Source of the DNA: an uncultured Candidatus Saccharibacteria bacterium
Lineage (GTDB): Bacteria > Patescibacteriota > Minisyncoccia > GWC2-36-17 > CAYHJU01
Length of the DNA stretch: 64,000 nt
Direction: 5' to 3'
Assembly (NCBI GenBank): GCA_964357175.1
Contig: CAYHJU010000001.1
Coordinates: 32,871 to 96,870, forward strand
Below, in pieces: positions 30,743 through 39,499 of this stretch. The notes under the pieces are model-generated. The model was not told where the DNA came from, did no database searches, and saw nothing but the letters and a program-made list of their open reading frames with translations. The position numbers and the translations under genes are program-made. How positions within the stretch are numbered: the first letter of the stretch is position 1; the number at the start of each line of letters is the position of its first letter.

Positions 30743-31490
30743 AAAAATTATAGTAGCAAACTGGAAAATGAATCCGACATCTTTTCAGGAGGCTCAAAAA
30801 ATTTTAAAAAACACCATTAAATCGGTGAAGCCGTCTAAAAAATCCGAAGTGGTTTTTTGTGTGCCGTTTGTATGGTTAGAGAAGATTGGGCGTTTATTAA
30901 AAAATAAGCAAGGATACTCTTTGGGAGCTCAAAATGCCTTTTGGGAAAGCGAATCGGGAGCTTTTACAGGAGAAATTTCCCCAATTATGCTAAAAAATCT
31001 GGGCGTTCAGTATGTCATTTTGGGGCATTCAGAAAGAAGAAGATGGCTCAAAGAAAATAATGAAGTGGTAAATAAAAAAGTTAAAAGCGCGCTGGAAGCA
31101 GGGCTCAAGGTTATTTTGTGTGTAGGGGAGTGGGACAGGCAAGATGCAAACTATGTGGATTTTGTTATTGAACAATTAAAATCAGCGACGGCTGGGTTGT
31201 CTGTCCGAGATCTGAATAGTCTAATAGTGGCGTACGAGCCGGTGTGGGCGATTGGAAGCGGACTGTCGGACACCCCAGATAATGCGATGTCTATGGCCAT
31301 TTTGATTAAAAAAACTATCAGCAATCAATTTTCAAAAAAACGCTCAATTAAAGTCAAGGTTTTATATGGGGGGTCGGTAAATTCTGAAAATGCAGGCAAA
31401 TTTTTAAAACAAGAATCCATTGACGGAGCGCTTGTGGGCAGGGCGAGCCTAGATTCCAAAAACTTTGCAGAGATAGTGAGGTCATTTTAA
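30732..31490 (+). CDS. tpiA: Triosephosphate isomerase
   Basis: ANWKMN, LGHSERR, AYEPVWAIG, LYGGSV. Confidence 0.96.
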   Translation: MKNKKIIVANWKMNPTSFQEAQKILKNTIKSVKPSKKSEVVFCVPFVWLEKIGRLLKNKQGYSLGAQNAFWESESGAFTGEISPIMLKNLGVQYVILGHSERRRWLKENNEVVNKKVKSALEAGLKVILCVGEWDRQDANYVDFVIEQLKSATAGLSVRDLNSLIVAYEPVWAIGSGLSDTPDNAMSMAILIKKTISNQFSKKRSIKVKVLYGGSVNSENAGKFLKQESIDGALVGRASLDSKNFAEIVRSF

Positions 31491-31580
31491 GTTGACTTTT
31501 GAAGCTAAATGCGTTAAAAATATAGGTAATAGCTTTTGGCTACTATTTACTACTTTCTATTTTCTAAATTCTGTTTTCGT

Positions 31581-31654
31581 CGCGGGGTAGAGCAGCCCGG
31601 TAGCTCGCCTGGCCCATAACCAGGAGGTCGTTGGTTCAAATCCAACCCCCGCAA
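31581..31654 (+). tRNA. Initiator tRNA-fMet (CAT)
   Basis: CGCGGGG start with C1:A72 mismatch, anticodon CAT, GGTTCAAATCC. Confidence 0.9.
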
Positions 31655-31738
31655 CAATTTTAAAACAACACCTCGCCATAGCGAGGTGTTGTTTTAAATC
31701 CTTTTTTTTGGTATTTTATTAGAGGTGGAGCCTTAAAC

Positions 31739-31811
31739 GGCTGGGTAGCTCAGTGGTTAGAGCGGAGCCCTCATAAAGCTTAGGTCGTGGGTTCGACTCC
31801 CACCCCAGCCA
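31739..31811 (+). tRNA. tRNA with CAT anticodon (elongator Met; Ile2 not excluded)
   Basis: GGCTGGG/CCCAGCC acceptor, loop CTCATAA, GGTTCGACTCC. Confidence 0.88.
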
Positions 31812-31826
31812 CTTAACATTATATTT

Positions 31827-33353
31827 ATGCAAAACAATCTTTGCGACTTAGAGATTTTAAAGAAAAAACACGAGCATTTGCTGGAAAAAATACCGCAGGA
31901 ATTTTGGTACAGTTTAGTTTTTGACAATGCGCTTTTGGTGCCGGGGAAATCTTTGCCATCGCGCGATCCTCAAAGGGGCGGAGCTGATATTTCCGGTAAA
32001 TTTTCAAGGCACATTGATCTTAAGGTGCCACTAATCAGCTCTAACATGAATAGTGTCACAGAGGCGCGTATGGCGATAGCTATGGCGCGTCTTGGTGGAA
32101 TAGGGGTTTTGCATAGATTTTGCAGTATTGAGGACGAGGCAAAGATGGTGGCGGATGTAAAAAGGGCCGAGGGATTTAAGATAGATGATCCCTATAAAGT
32201 TCACTTTAAGGCAACCTTGGGTGAGGCCCAGGAATTAATGTCAGACAAAAACACCTCGGGACTTTTGGTGGTGGACAATAGAGATAAATTGGTGGGTATT
32301 TTCACTAGGCGCGATATGCCTATTAGGGGAGAAAAGAGTATTTTAATAAAAAATTTGATGACACCTCGAAACAAATTGGTGGTGGCGCCAGAAGATGTAA
32401 ATATTGAAAAAATAATTAAAATTTTTGATAAAACTAAAAAAGAAAAATTGCCACTCGTGGATAAAAAAGACAGGGTCGTGGGGCTTGTTACTAAAAAAGA
32501 TATAGAAAAATTGTTATTTTATAAAAATTCTACCAAAGACAAAAATAGCCGTTTGCAAGTTGCCGCGGCTATCGGTGTGACGGAAGATGAAAAAGAACGG
32601 GCGAAAGAGCTGGTGAAAATTGGAGCGGACGCTTTAGTGGTTGATATAGCCAACGGCCATTCAGACAGTTTGATAAAAATGCTTGCATTTTTAAAGAAAA
32701 AATTTCCCGAAGTTGATGTAGTGGCGGGAAATGTAGCCACATATCAGGCCGCTAAAGATTTGATAGAAGCCGGAGCAGATGCCATAAAAGTGGGAATTGG
32801 TTCAGGAGCAGCCTGCAAGACAAGAGAGCAGACTGGTTTTGGTGTTTCGCAAATTTCAGCTATCTTGCAAGCATCGGCTTTGGACAGCGGTGTGCCATTG
32901 ATTGCCGACGGCGGGGTTCGCAAACCGGCCGACTTTGTGAAAGCTTTGGCCGCGGGCGCTTCCAGCGTTATGATGGGTGGTATTTTTGCCAGTACCGATG
33001 AATCGCCCGGAATAATCGTAGACAAGGGATCGCGGGGCAAGTTTAAAATATACCAAGGGATGGCTTCATATAAGGCTGTCTTGGACAGAATTGTGCGTTC
33101 GGGAGAGGGGATCAAGATGGAAAAAATACGCGCCTTGGAGGATGTTTCAGAAAACGTAGACGAGGGCGTTTCGGGCGAGGTGCGTTATAGCGGATCAGTG
33201 GCGCAAATATTTAAAGAATATGCCGGTGGAGCGCGTTCGGCTTTTAGCTATGGATCTTCGCAAAACCTTAAAGAATTTCAAAAATCAGTCCAGTTTGTCT
33301 ATCAAACAGAAAGCGGTGCCCGCGAAAGCGCCCCGCACGATATGATTTATTGA
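31827..33353 (+). CDS. guaB: IMP dehydrogenase/GMP reductase family with CBS domains
   Basis: GGIGVLHR, CBS pair, AGNVAT, KVGIGSGAACKT, IADGG, YQGMAS. Confidence 0.88.
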   Translation: MQNNLCDLEILKKKHEHLLEKIPQEFWYSLVFDNALLVPGKSLPSRDPQRGGADISGKFSRHIDLKVPLISSNMNSVTEARMAIAMARLGGIGVLHRFCSIEDEAKMVADVKRAEGFKIDDPYKVHFKATLGEAQELMSDKNTSGLLVVDNRDKLVGIFTRRDMPIRGEKSILIKNLMTPRNKLVVAPEDVNIEKIIKIFDKTKKEKLPLVDKKDRVVGLVTKKDIEKLLFYKNSTKDKNSRLQVAAAIGVTEDEKERAKELVKIGADALVVDIANGHSDSLIKMLAFLKKKFPEVDVVAGNVATYQAAKDLIEAGADAIKVGIGSGAACKTREQTGFGVSQISAILQASALDSGVPLIADGGVRKPADFVKALAAGASSVMMGGIFASTDESPGIIVDKGSRGKFKIYQGMASYKAVLDRIVRSGEGIKMEKIRALEDVSENVDEGVSGEVRYSGSVAQIFKEYAGGARSAFSYGSSQNLKEFQKSVQFVYQTESGARESAPHDMIY

Positions 33354-33366
33354 TTATATTTATGTT

Positions 33367-33400
33367 TAAAAAACTCCTCTCTGCTGAGAGGAGTTTTTTA
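33367..33400. terminator. Bidirectional terminator
   Basis: aaaaaactcctctc-tgct-gagaggagtttttt between convergent genes. Confidence 0.7.
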
Positions 33401-33422
33401 AATAACTTATTTTTTAATGAAT

Positions 33423-34124
33423 TTATTTATTTTTTAATTTTTTTATTTCCATCTCAATCTCTTTTAAAACTTCTTTATTTCCAATCTCTCCATCTAAACT
33501 AAAAATAATAAATACTCCTCCTTTATATTTTTTTTCAAAATCAGCAAAATTCGCCTCCATTCTTTCTGATATGGAATAATTGCCGAAATTTGCTTTTGCT
33601 GTTATTGGTTTGATTTGTATTCCAAAGGCATGTTTACCAACAAGCCCCAAATAATCTATGTCGCCGGCATGATCTAAATCGGTTTCGCTTTCAACAAATT
33701 TTACTTCCGGAAAATGTTTTGCTAGCCCATCATTTACTACGGATTTTTCACGAATAAAGCCATCATAAGTACGATTTACCGTCAGATTGTAGATATAGTC
33801 CATGCAATCTTGCAGGGACAGTTCATTAAATGCTGCTTGCCACTCAGGAATTACAACTTCGGTAATTTTCTCATATAAACGTTCGCCTAATTCTTTTAAA
33901 ATTTTCGGCGTTATTTTTATGGGACTTTTGTTTTCGGTATATGCTTTTTCAAAATACCACTTTTTCCATTCCCCAATTGTTTTGGGCTGGCATTCTCTTA
34001 TCAACGCCATTACTGCGCCAACTTTATTTGGTCGAGATAATTGATAAGTTTGGCAGGCATAATTTAAAACCTTTTCCTTTTTACCGAAATCCATTGAAAA
34101 TTTTCCCGATATTTTATTTGCCAT
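33423..34124 (-). CDS. Type II restriction endonuclease (MjaI-like)
   Basis: RP..VG.VM.LIRE, W..WY, TYDG..RE, D...DIDY...GIQIKP PD-(D/E)xK-like; coupled to an MTase. Confidence 0.75.
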   Translation of the reverse strand: MANKISGKFSMDFGKKEKVLNYACQTYQLSRPNKVGAVMALIRECQPKTIGEWKKWYFEKAYTENKSPIKITPKILKELGERLYEKITEVVIPEWQAAFNELSLQDCMDYIYNLTVNRTYDGFIREKSVVNDGLAKHFPEVKFVESETDLDHAGDIDYLGLVGKHAFGIQIKPITAKANFGNYSISERMEANFADFEKKYKGGVFIIFSLDGEIGNKEVLKEIEMEIKKLKNK

Positions 34125-35409
34125 AACTATACTTTAATAAATTACTAAATTTGTCTTTATATTTATATTCCATCTCGGTGTCAGGTAAGGCTAGTCCATT
34201 TTTTATTAAATGAGCGTTGATAAAAGTTTTATTCTGTAAATAAAGATAAGCTAATAAATTATTTTTATCATCATATTTTTGAGAATCAAATTTCATAAAC
34301 ACCCTTTGCCCCTTTGTTTTTTTGGACAAATAATCTATGGCCTTGCCATTAATTTTGAGATCTTGTTTTATGCCAATTAGTCTAATAATTAAACCATTGC
34401 TCAACCTAATGATTTCAGGGCTAATTATTTCTTTTACTGAGAATAGACTCTCTTTTTTTGATTGGTTATTATCAATTTTTGATCCGAACTGTAATTTTTT
34501 AGGATCTATTTTTTTATCCAATTTATGTGGATCTTTAAATATGTATGGCAATCGACTTAAGTTTTCATTAAAATCGGCATTTTTTCTACTCTTAATGAAT
34601 TCAAAAGAATTATTATTAAAATTAAATGAATCAACGACACCAATTTTAGTTTTGATGATTGGTAAAAACTCAGAATTAATTTCGTACCCGACCGAATTTC
34701 TATCAAGATTTTTTGCAGCTAAGGATGTAGTTCCGCTTCCTAAAAATGGATCCAACACAGTATCGTCAACAAATGAAAACATTTTTATTAGCCTCCGCGG
34801 TAATTCTTCCGGAAACATTGCAATATGGCCATCTTGTCTGGCTCCGCCAAAATTCCAATGACCCTGAAAATATTGATTCCACTCCTCTTTGCTTAATTTA
34901 GATTTTTCCTTTATCTCTTTATCAATTTTGGGCGCATCGCCTTGTTTTTTAAATATTAAAATAAATTCATAATCTAATTTTATAATTCCGTTTCTTGGAT
35001 ATGGAAAGCTGCCCATTATGGTTGCTCCGCCAGTAGTGTTCATAGTGGTGGATTTTTGCCAAATAATTGCTCCCATATAATCAAGTCCGATCGTTTCGCA
35101 AAATTTAATAACCTCTGTTCTTATGGGGATTACCTTGTAACGACCATAATAAACAGAGCGAGCAAATTGATCGCCGATATTTATACAAAGACGACAGCCA
35201 TTTTTTAAAACTCGATTACATTCGCTCCAAACCAAATTCAAATGATTGATGTATTTTTCATAACTATCATTAAAACCAATCTGATTATCTGAACCGTAAT
35301 CCTTTAATTGCCAATATGGTGGCGATGTAATAATTAAATGTACGCTCTCGTTTGGCAATTCTTTCATTGCCCGCGAATCGCCACTAATTATTTTATGACT
35401 TGTTTTCAT
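34114..35409 (-). CDS. N4/N6 DNA methyltransferase (beta class) with C-terminal thermonuclease-like domain
   Basis: TSPPYW precedes VLDPFLGSGTT; tail IRLIGI...LLAYLY...IN..LIKNGLA is SNase-like. Confidence 0.88.
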   Translation of the reverse strand: MKTSHKIISGDSRAMKELPNESVHLIITSPPYWQLKDYGSDNQIGFNDSYEKYINHLNLVWSECNRVLKNGCRLCINIGDQFARSVYYGRYKVIPIRTEVIKFCETIGLDYMGAIIWQKSTTMNTTGGATIMGSFPYPRNGIIKLDYEFILIFKKQGDAPKIDKEIKEKSKLSKEEWNQYFQGHWNFGGARQDGHIAMFPEELPRRLIKMFSFVDDTVLDPFLGSGTTSLAAKNLDRNSVGYEINSEFLPIIKTKIGVVDSFNFNNNSFEFIKSRKNADFNENLSRLPYIFKDPHKLDKKIDPKKLQFGSKIDNNQSKKESLFSVKEIISPEIIRLSNGLIIRLIGIKQDLKINGKAIDYLSKKTKGQRVFMKFDSQKYDDKNNLLAYLYLQNKTFINAHLIKNGLALPDTEMEYKYKDKFSNLLKYSYGK

Positions 35410-35503
35410 AACAACTATAATTTTAGCAAAATCAAGCGATTTTGTGAAATTCTACAAAAAATCAACACCCACTTAAAATGTTTATTTTGTTTTTATATAA
35501 ACC

Positions 35504-35851
35504 TTATCTAAGGTAAGGATTCTTTGCTCGAAGAGAATCTACGTCATCTTTTAGCCCAGACTGTTTAATGTCCAATTTTAACTGGTCTTCTTTTGTCGTG
35601 TGAATCTGTTCGAGCAGGTTGTCGTTTCGCTCTCGATCGCTTTTATTTGACAGTAACACTTGCACCGCTACGGTTACAACAATTAAAATCGTGGCAATAA
35701 CTACAGCTATAATGATGTTAAAATTTCTCAACTCTTGTTTATCGGCCAACTGCTCTATTTTTACTAGACGTTTAGAAAGCTCATCGAGTGTTTCAGATTG
35801 TGCCTTAACAACATCGAATATCTTGGTTTTTGAAGGTGTCTGATCTATCAT
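35504..35851 (-). CDS. Hypothetical single-TM coiled-coil protein
   Basis: 115-aa ATG ORF with a central hydrophobic helix. Confidence 0.6.
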   Translation of the reverse strand: MIDQTPSKTKIFDVVKAQSETLDELSKRLVKIEQLADKQELRNFNIIIAVVIATILIVVTVAVQVLLSNKSDRERNDNLLEQIHTTKEDQLKLDIKQSGLKDDVDSLRAKNPYLR

Positions 35852-35853
35852 GT

Positions 35854-36087
35854 TTACTTATAAAAACCAACTATTTTTAGGTGATTATCCGGTTGTTTCA
35901 CTACTGCTACATCTAAATATTTATACAAATGAAAATCAACGCCCCCAAAAGCGACGCCTCTTTGAAAAATTACACCTGGTCCAAAAAAAACCCCATTTAT
36001 TTCTACCTGAACTTTAGGAGACAGTGAGCCGTCCAGTAATTCTTGGAAGACATCTAAAAATTTATAGCGCCTTGGTTGTTCGTCCAT
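35854..36087 (-). CDS. Hypothetical protein
   Basis: 77-aa ATG ORF ending 2 bp before the next ORF. Confidence 0.55.
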   Translation of the reverse strand: MDEQPRRYKFLDVFQELLDGSLSPKVQVEINGVFFGPGVIFQRGVAFGGVDFHLYKYLDVAVVKQPDNHLKIVGFYK

Positions 36088-36162
36088 ATGTTCATTCTAT
36101 CTCATTCAAAACAATATAACAAAAATTATTATTTTATTTCAGTTACAACTTAGTAATTTGTG

Positions 36163-36237
36163 CGGACCGTAGGGGATTTGAACCCCTGGTCTCCTCCGTG
36201 ACAGGGAGGCGTGTTAACCGGGCTACACCAACGGTCC
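36163..36237 (-). tRNA. tRNA-Asp (GTC)
   Basis: Reverse complement GGACCGT...CCTCC-CTGTCAC-GGAGG...GGTTCAAATCC...ACGGTCC-G. Confidence 0.95.
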
Positions 36238-36238
36238 A

Positions 36239-36487
36239 TTAATTAATATGTAATTTTTTAAACAAAATCTCCTTTTGCTGACTGTGTGTTTTTAATTCTA
36301 TTTCGCGTTTTAATGCGTCCACTTTCATTAGGTAAGCTTCATAATAGAGTAATGTAAATGGTGCGTATGACTTGGTCGACTTAACCTTTTTAGCATTATG
36401 CTCTTCAAATCTTCTTTTGAGATCTGATGTGGATCCTATATATATCCATTTCTTTATACCACTTTTTATTACATAAACATAATGCAT
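36239..36487 (-). CDS. Small GIY-YIG nuclease family protein
   Basis: MHYVYVIKS...IYIGST.DLKRR..EHN...KSTK.Y.PF.L.YYEAY...A..RE..LK; true ATG at 36487; stop 1 bp before tRNA-Asp. Confidence 0.9.
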   Translation of the reverse strand: MHYVYVIKSGIKKWIYIGSTSDLKRRFEEHNAKKVKSTKSYAPFTLLYYEAYLMKVDALKREIELKTHSQQKEILFKKLHIN

Positions 36488-36507
36488 GTTCAAGTTATTA
36501 TTAAGCG

Positions 36508-36560
36508 AACCCTGGCTATCACCCTGCGGGTGACCACCCGTAGGGTGGCACCAACGGTCC
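36508..36560 (-). pseudogene. Duplicated tRNA-Asp 5' fragment interrupted by two 15-bp palindromes
   Basis: Minus strand ggaccgttggtg [ccaccctacgggtgg][tcacccgcagggtga] tagccagggtt versus tRNA ggaccgttggtgtagcccggtt. Confidence 0.8.
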
Positions 36561-36699
36561 ATCTAATACAAAAATTTTATCATAAAAATTAGTAAAAGCA
36601 AATTAGCTTTGCCACGTTTGACGTGGCTTTGCTTTAAATGTTTAAATTCATTATACTGATTTAAGTCAGGAAACAAGCGTGAGTTTATAATACAAAAAC

Positions 36700-37293
36700 A
36701 TGGAAGTAAAACATCTTCAATTTGAATTGAATAAGAGTTATTTGAGAGGCAAAACTTTTATATATCCCACGGACACTTGCTATGGTCTGGGGTGTTTGCT
36801 ATCTGACGAGGAGGCAATCAAAAAAATTTATCAAATTAAAAAAAGAGACGTCGGCAAACCATTCAGTATCATGGTTTTAGACAAGTTGATGTTTAAAAGA
36901 TACGGCCAGGTTGATAAAAATGTAGAAATTTTAATAGACAAATATTTGCCCGGAGCGCTTACCATAGTCGTTTCCAAGGGCAGAAAAATACCCAATTTTT
37001 TTAACGAGGGATTTGATAGCGTGGGCATTCGTATACCAAACAATAAATTTTGTTTGAAATTGATCAAAATCGCCAAAGAGCCGATTATTACCACGAGCGC
37101 CAATATTTCCGGAGAGAATAGCTTATATAGGCCCGCGGATATTTTAAACGAATTTTCGGGAAAAAGTTTTAGTGAGAGACCGGACATATTCTTTAATGGC
37201 GGCACGCTATGCGAAGTGAAGCCCTCTACCATCGTGAAAGTGGGTGGTGATAATCTGGAGGTCTTGCGTCAAGGAGAACTTAAAATATCTTAA
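36700..37293 (+). CDS. tsaC: L-threonylcarbamoyladenylate synthase (TsaC/Sua5)
   Basis: YPTDTCYGL, IY.IK.R...KP, PGALT, GIRIP, TTSANISG, PSTIV. Confidence 0.92.
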   Translation: MEVKHLQFELNKSYLRGKTFIYPTDTCYGLGCLLSDEEAIKKIYQIKKRDVGKPFSIMVLDKLMFKRYGQVDKNVEILIDKYLPGALTIVVSKGRKIPNFFNEGFDSVGIRIPNNKFCLKLIKIAKEPIITTSANISGENSLYRPADILNEFSGKSFSERPDIFFNGGTLCEVKPSTIVKVGGDNLEVLRQGELKIS

Positions 37294-37335
37294 ATTGTTT
37301 GGCGAGCCATAATTTTTATTGTATAATTTGATTAT

Positions 37336-37803
37336 ATGAGAATAAATAAATTATTGGTAATTTCAGCTGTTATTTTAGTGGGCGCTTTTTTGTTCGCCGC
37401 ATTTGTGTTGCCAGTATTTGCCCAAAGCGGTAATCCCGAAAATCCTCTGAAGTTTGGCAGTGTGGGAGAGCTAATCAATCAAATTGCTGATTTTATAATT
37501 ATCGTGGCCTTGCCTATCGCTACCATTATGATAATTTACGCGGCGTTTTTGTTTATCACAGCGGGAGGCAGTGAAGAAAGAGTAAAAAAGGCCAGACAGG
37601 TCATCATTTTGGCCGTGGTGGGCATAGCTATACTTTTGATAGCCAAAGGGGCGGCGATAGTAATTAAAGATGTTTTGGGAGTGAATCCGTCTCCGACAAA
37701 TTCTCCATCTTCAATAAATTCACCAGCCTCAACAAATTCACTAAACTCCACAATCTCCCCGTCCCCAACAGCTTCAACTGGGCCTTTAACTATTATATTC
37801 TAG
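37336..37803 (+). CDS. TrbC/VirB2-like pilin with Ser/Pro/Thr tail
   Basis: Signal peptide VFA|Q, NPL, IYAAFLFITAGG.EE.VKKA...I..AVVG hairpin. Confidence 0.75.
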   Translation: MRINKLLVISAVILVGAFLFAAFVLPVFAQSGNPENPLKFGSVGELINQIADFIIIVALPIATIMIIYAAFLFITAGGSEERVKKARQVIILAVVGIAILLIAKGAAIVIKDVLGVNPSPTNSPSSINSPASTNSLNSTISPSPTASTGPLTIIF

Positions 37804-37810
37804 TGAATAT

Positions 37811-38698
37811 TTGCCAAATGGTGAAGCGACAAAGGATTATCCTCCGCAAACTATGCAGGTTTCGGGGGGAGCGCCAGCCTACGCTTGGAGCGTTTCGGGC
37901 GGATCTTTGCCGCCTGGCATAAGCATGAATAGCTCAGGGGCTGTTTTCGGAATACCTACTAAAAGCGGTAGTTATAATTTTGCAATAAAAACAATAGATA
38001 GTCTTAAGAATTCTGTCAGTAAAAATTTTCAATTAACCGTCAATTCGCCTCCAGACGCTTCCAAGTGTGTTACGATAGACGGGAGCGGTTCCATTGGCAT
38101 AGAGCTTATTGCTCGCGATACAGGTTTTATGGACATAGGTCAGAGTTGTGGTGCCAGGTGGAGTCTACAATCTTTTTTGGCTGGTGACGAAAGAAAAAAG
38201 TGGGTGGCTTTTGCCGATAGTTTGAAACCGGTTTTACACAATTTTAAACCAATCACTGCCGCCAGATGGACTCTTTATAGATCCGACGATTTTGGCGCTT
38301 CTGCCTGTCAAAATGTTTCTGAAAAAGTTTATGTGGTTCCCTGCGACTATGGGTTTAGAGCCAATGCCTTTATGGGCGGACATGAAGTTCGCCTGGCTCT
38401 TTCTGATGATTATACAGTGCTTGCTCATGAAATAGGTCATTCTTTTGCTAATTTGTACGATGAATATTCAGAAGCCGGTCGCGAGCCCCTAGAGGGTGGT
38501 GCTGGAAATTGTATCAAACTTCAAAACATAAAAGATTGTCCATGGTCTACCGGTTGTTTTGATGGTTGTAACTATCAGAGCGCTGGAAAGGGTTGGTATA
38601 GAGACGCCCAACAAGACCTTATGGCTAGTGGTCAGATAAACGATGATCAATATGGTCCGATTGATATGAAAATTATTAGAGCGCTTCTTTCAAAATAA
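37811..38698 (+). CDS. Ig-like domain + zinc metallopeptidase (HEIGH..ANL.DEY, M64-like); possibly the frameshifted C-terminus of the upstream pilin
   Basis: SGG.P.Y.WS..GSLPPG...G.P...G.YNF Ig-like repeat; HExGH; TTG start with no signal peptide. Confidence 0.7.
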   Translation: MPNGEATKDYPPQTMQVSGGAPAYAWSVSGGSLPPGISMNSSGAVFGIPTKSGSYNFAIKTIDSLKNSVSKNFQLTVNSPPDASKCVTIDGSGSIGIELIARDTGFMDIGQSCGARWSLQSFLAGDERKKWVAFADSLKPVLHNFKPITAARWTLYRSDDFGASACQNVSEKVYVVPCDYGFRANAFMGGHEVRLALSDDYTVLAHEIGHSFANLYDEYSEAGREPLEGGAGNCIKLQNIKDCPWSTGCFDGCNYQSAGKGWYRDAQQDLMASGQINDDQYGPIDMKIIRALLSK

Positions 38699-38700
38699 AT

Positions 38701-39375
38701 ATGAAATATTTAAAATCGCACCAATCATTTATAAATCTTTTTATCGCGCTAATTATTTTTATTTGGGCGGTACCAGTTATTGTTAACGCGGAAGTTTTAA
38801 GATTGAATCTGTATTATGATGGCGGAACTATTCGCTGGGACAAAATGGCTTCAGAGAGCATTCAATATTTTCAAGATCTAAATTTTATAAAATCTGAAAC
38901 AGGAGATTATCGGGGAAATATTATTTCTTTTCGGGGCGCAGTTTTGGATGATTTTAAGTTAAATTTAGTTCCTGTAATTTGTTCTGACGGTGTGACTAAA
39001 GACGGTAAAATGACAGGTGGTTGCGCACCCATTTCCAAAGGAACCATGGCTATTAATATTCCTTACTATAACAATGGAAATCTATTTAAAATTTTTGATA
39101 AAACTGGCAAAATGATTTTGGTTGTGGACCTAACATCCTTTGCTTCTTGCAATGAAAATAAGATTTGTGAAGCCAATCTTAAAGAAAATCAAGACAACTG
39201 TTCATCTGACTGCCCTCCTTCGCTGGGTTCCGTTGCCACACCGACCCCTTCGCCAACTTCTGGCGGCGGAGCGGGCAGTTTGATTTTGTGGACAGCTATT
39301 ATTCTTGGCGCATTAATTTTAGGAGTGATCACATATTTTATTATTAAAAAATATCGTCAAAATTCACTACAATAA
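38701..39375 (+). CDS. Secreted, C-terminally membrane-anchored protein
   Basis: Signal peptide, CN.N.ICE....E...NC..DC motif, TPTP linker, C-terminal TM plus basic tail. Confidence 0.7.
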   Translation: MKYLKSHQSFINLFIALIIFIWAVPVIVNAEVLRLNLYYDGGTIRWDKMASESIQYFQDLNFIKSETGDYRGNIISFRGAVLDDFKLNLVPVICSDGVTKDGKMTGGCAPISKGTMAINIPYYNNGNLFKIFDKTGKMILVVDLTSFASCNENKICEANLKENQDNCSSDCPPSLGSVATPTPSPTSGGGAGSLILWTAIILGALILGVITYFIIKKYRQNSLQ

Positions 39376-39499
39376 ACTTAACACAAAAACCTCGACTAAA
39401 CGGGGTTTTTGCTTATTTTGGCATAGTTATCAAACATATTGCTTCTTCGCGCTTTAAATCAGATGGCAAATAGATTATAATAAAATTGAATTAAACAGT

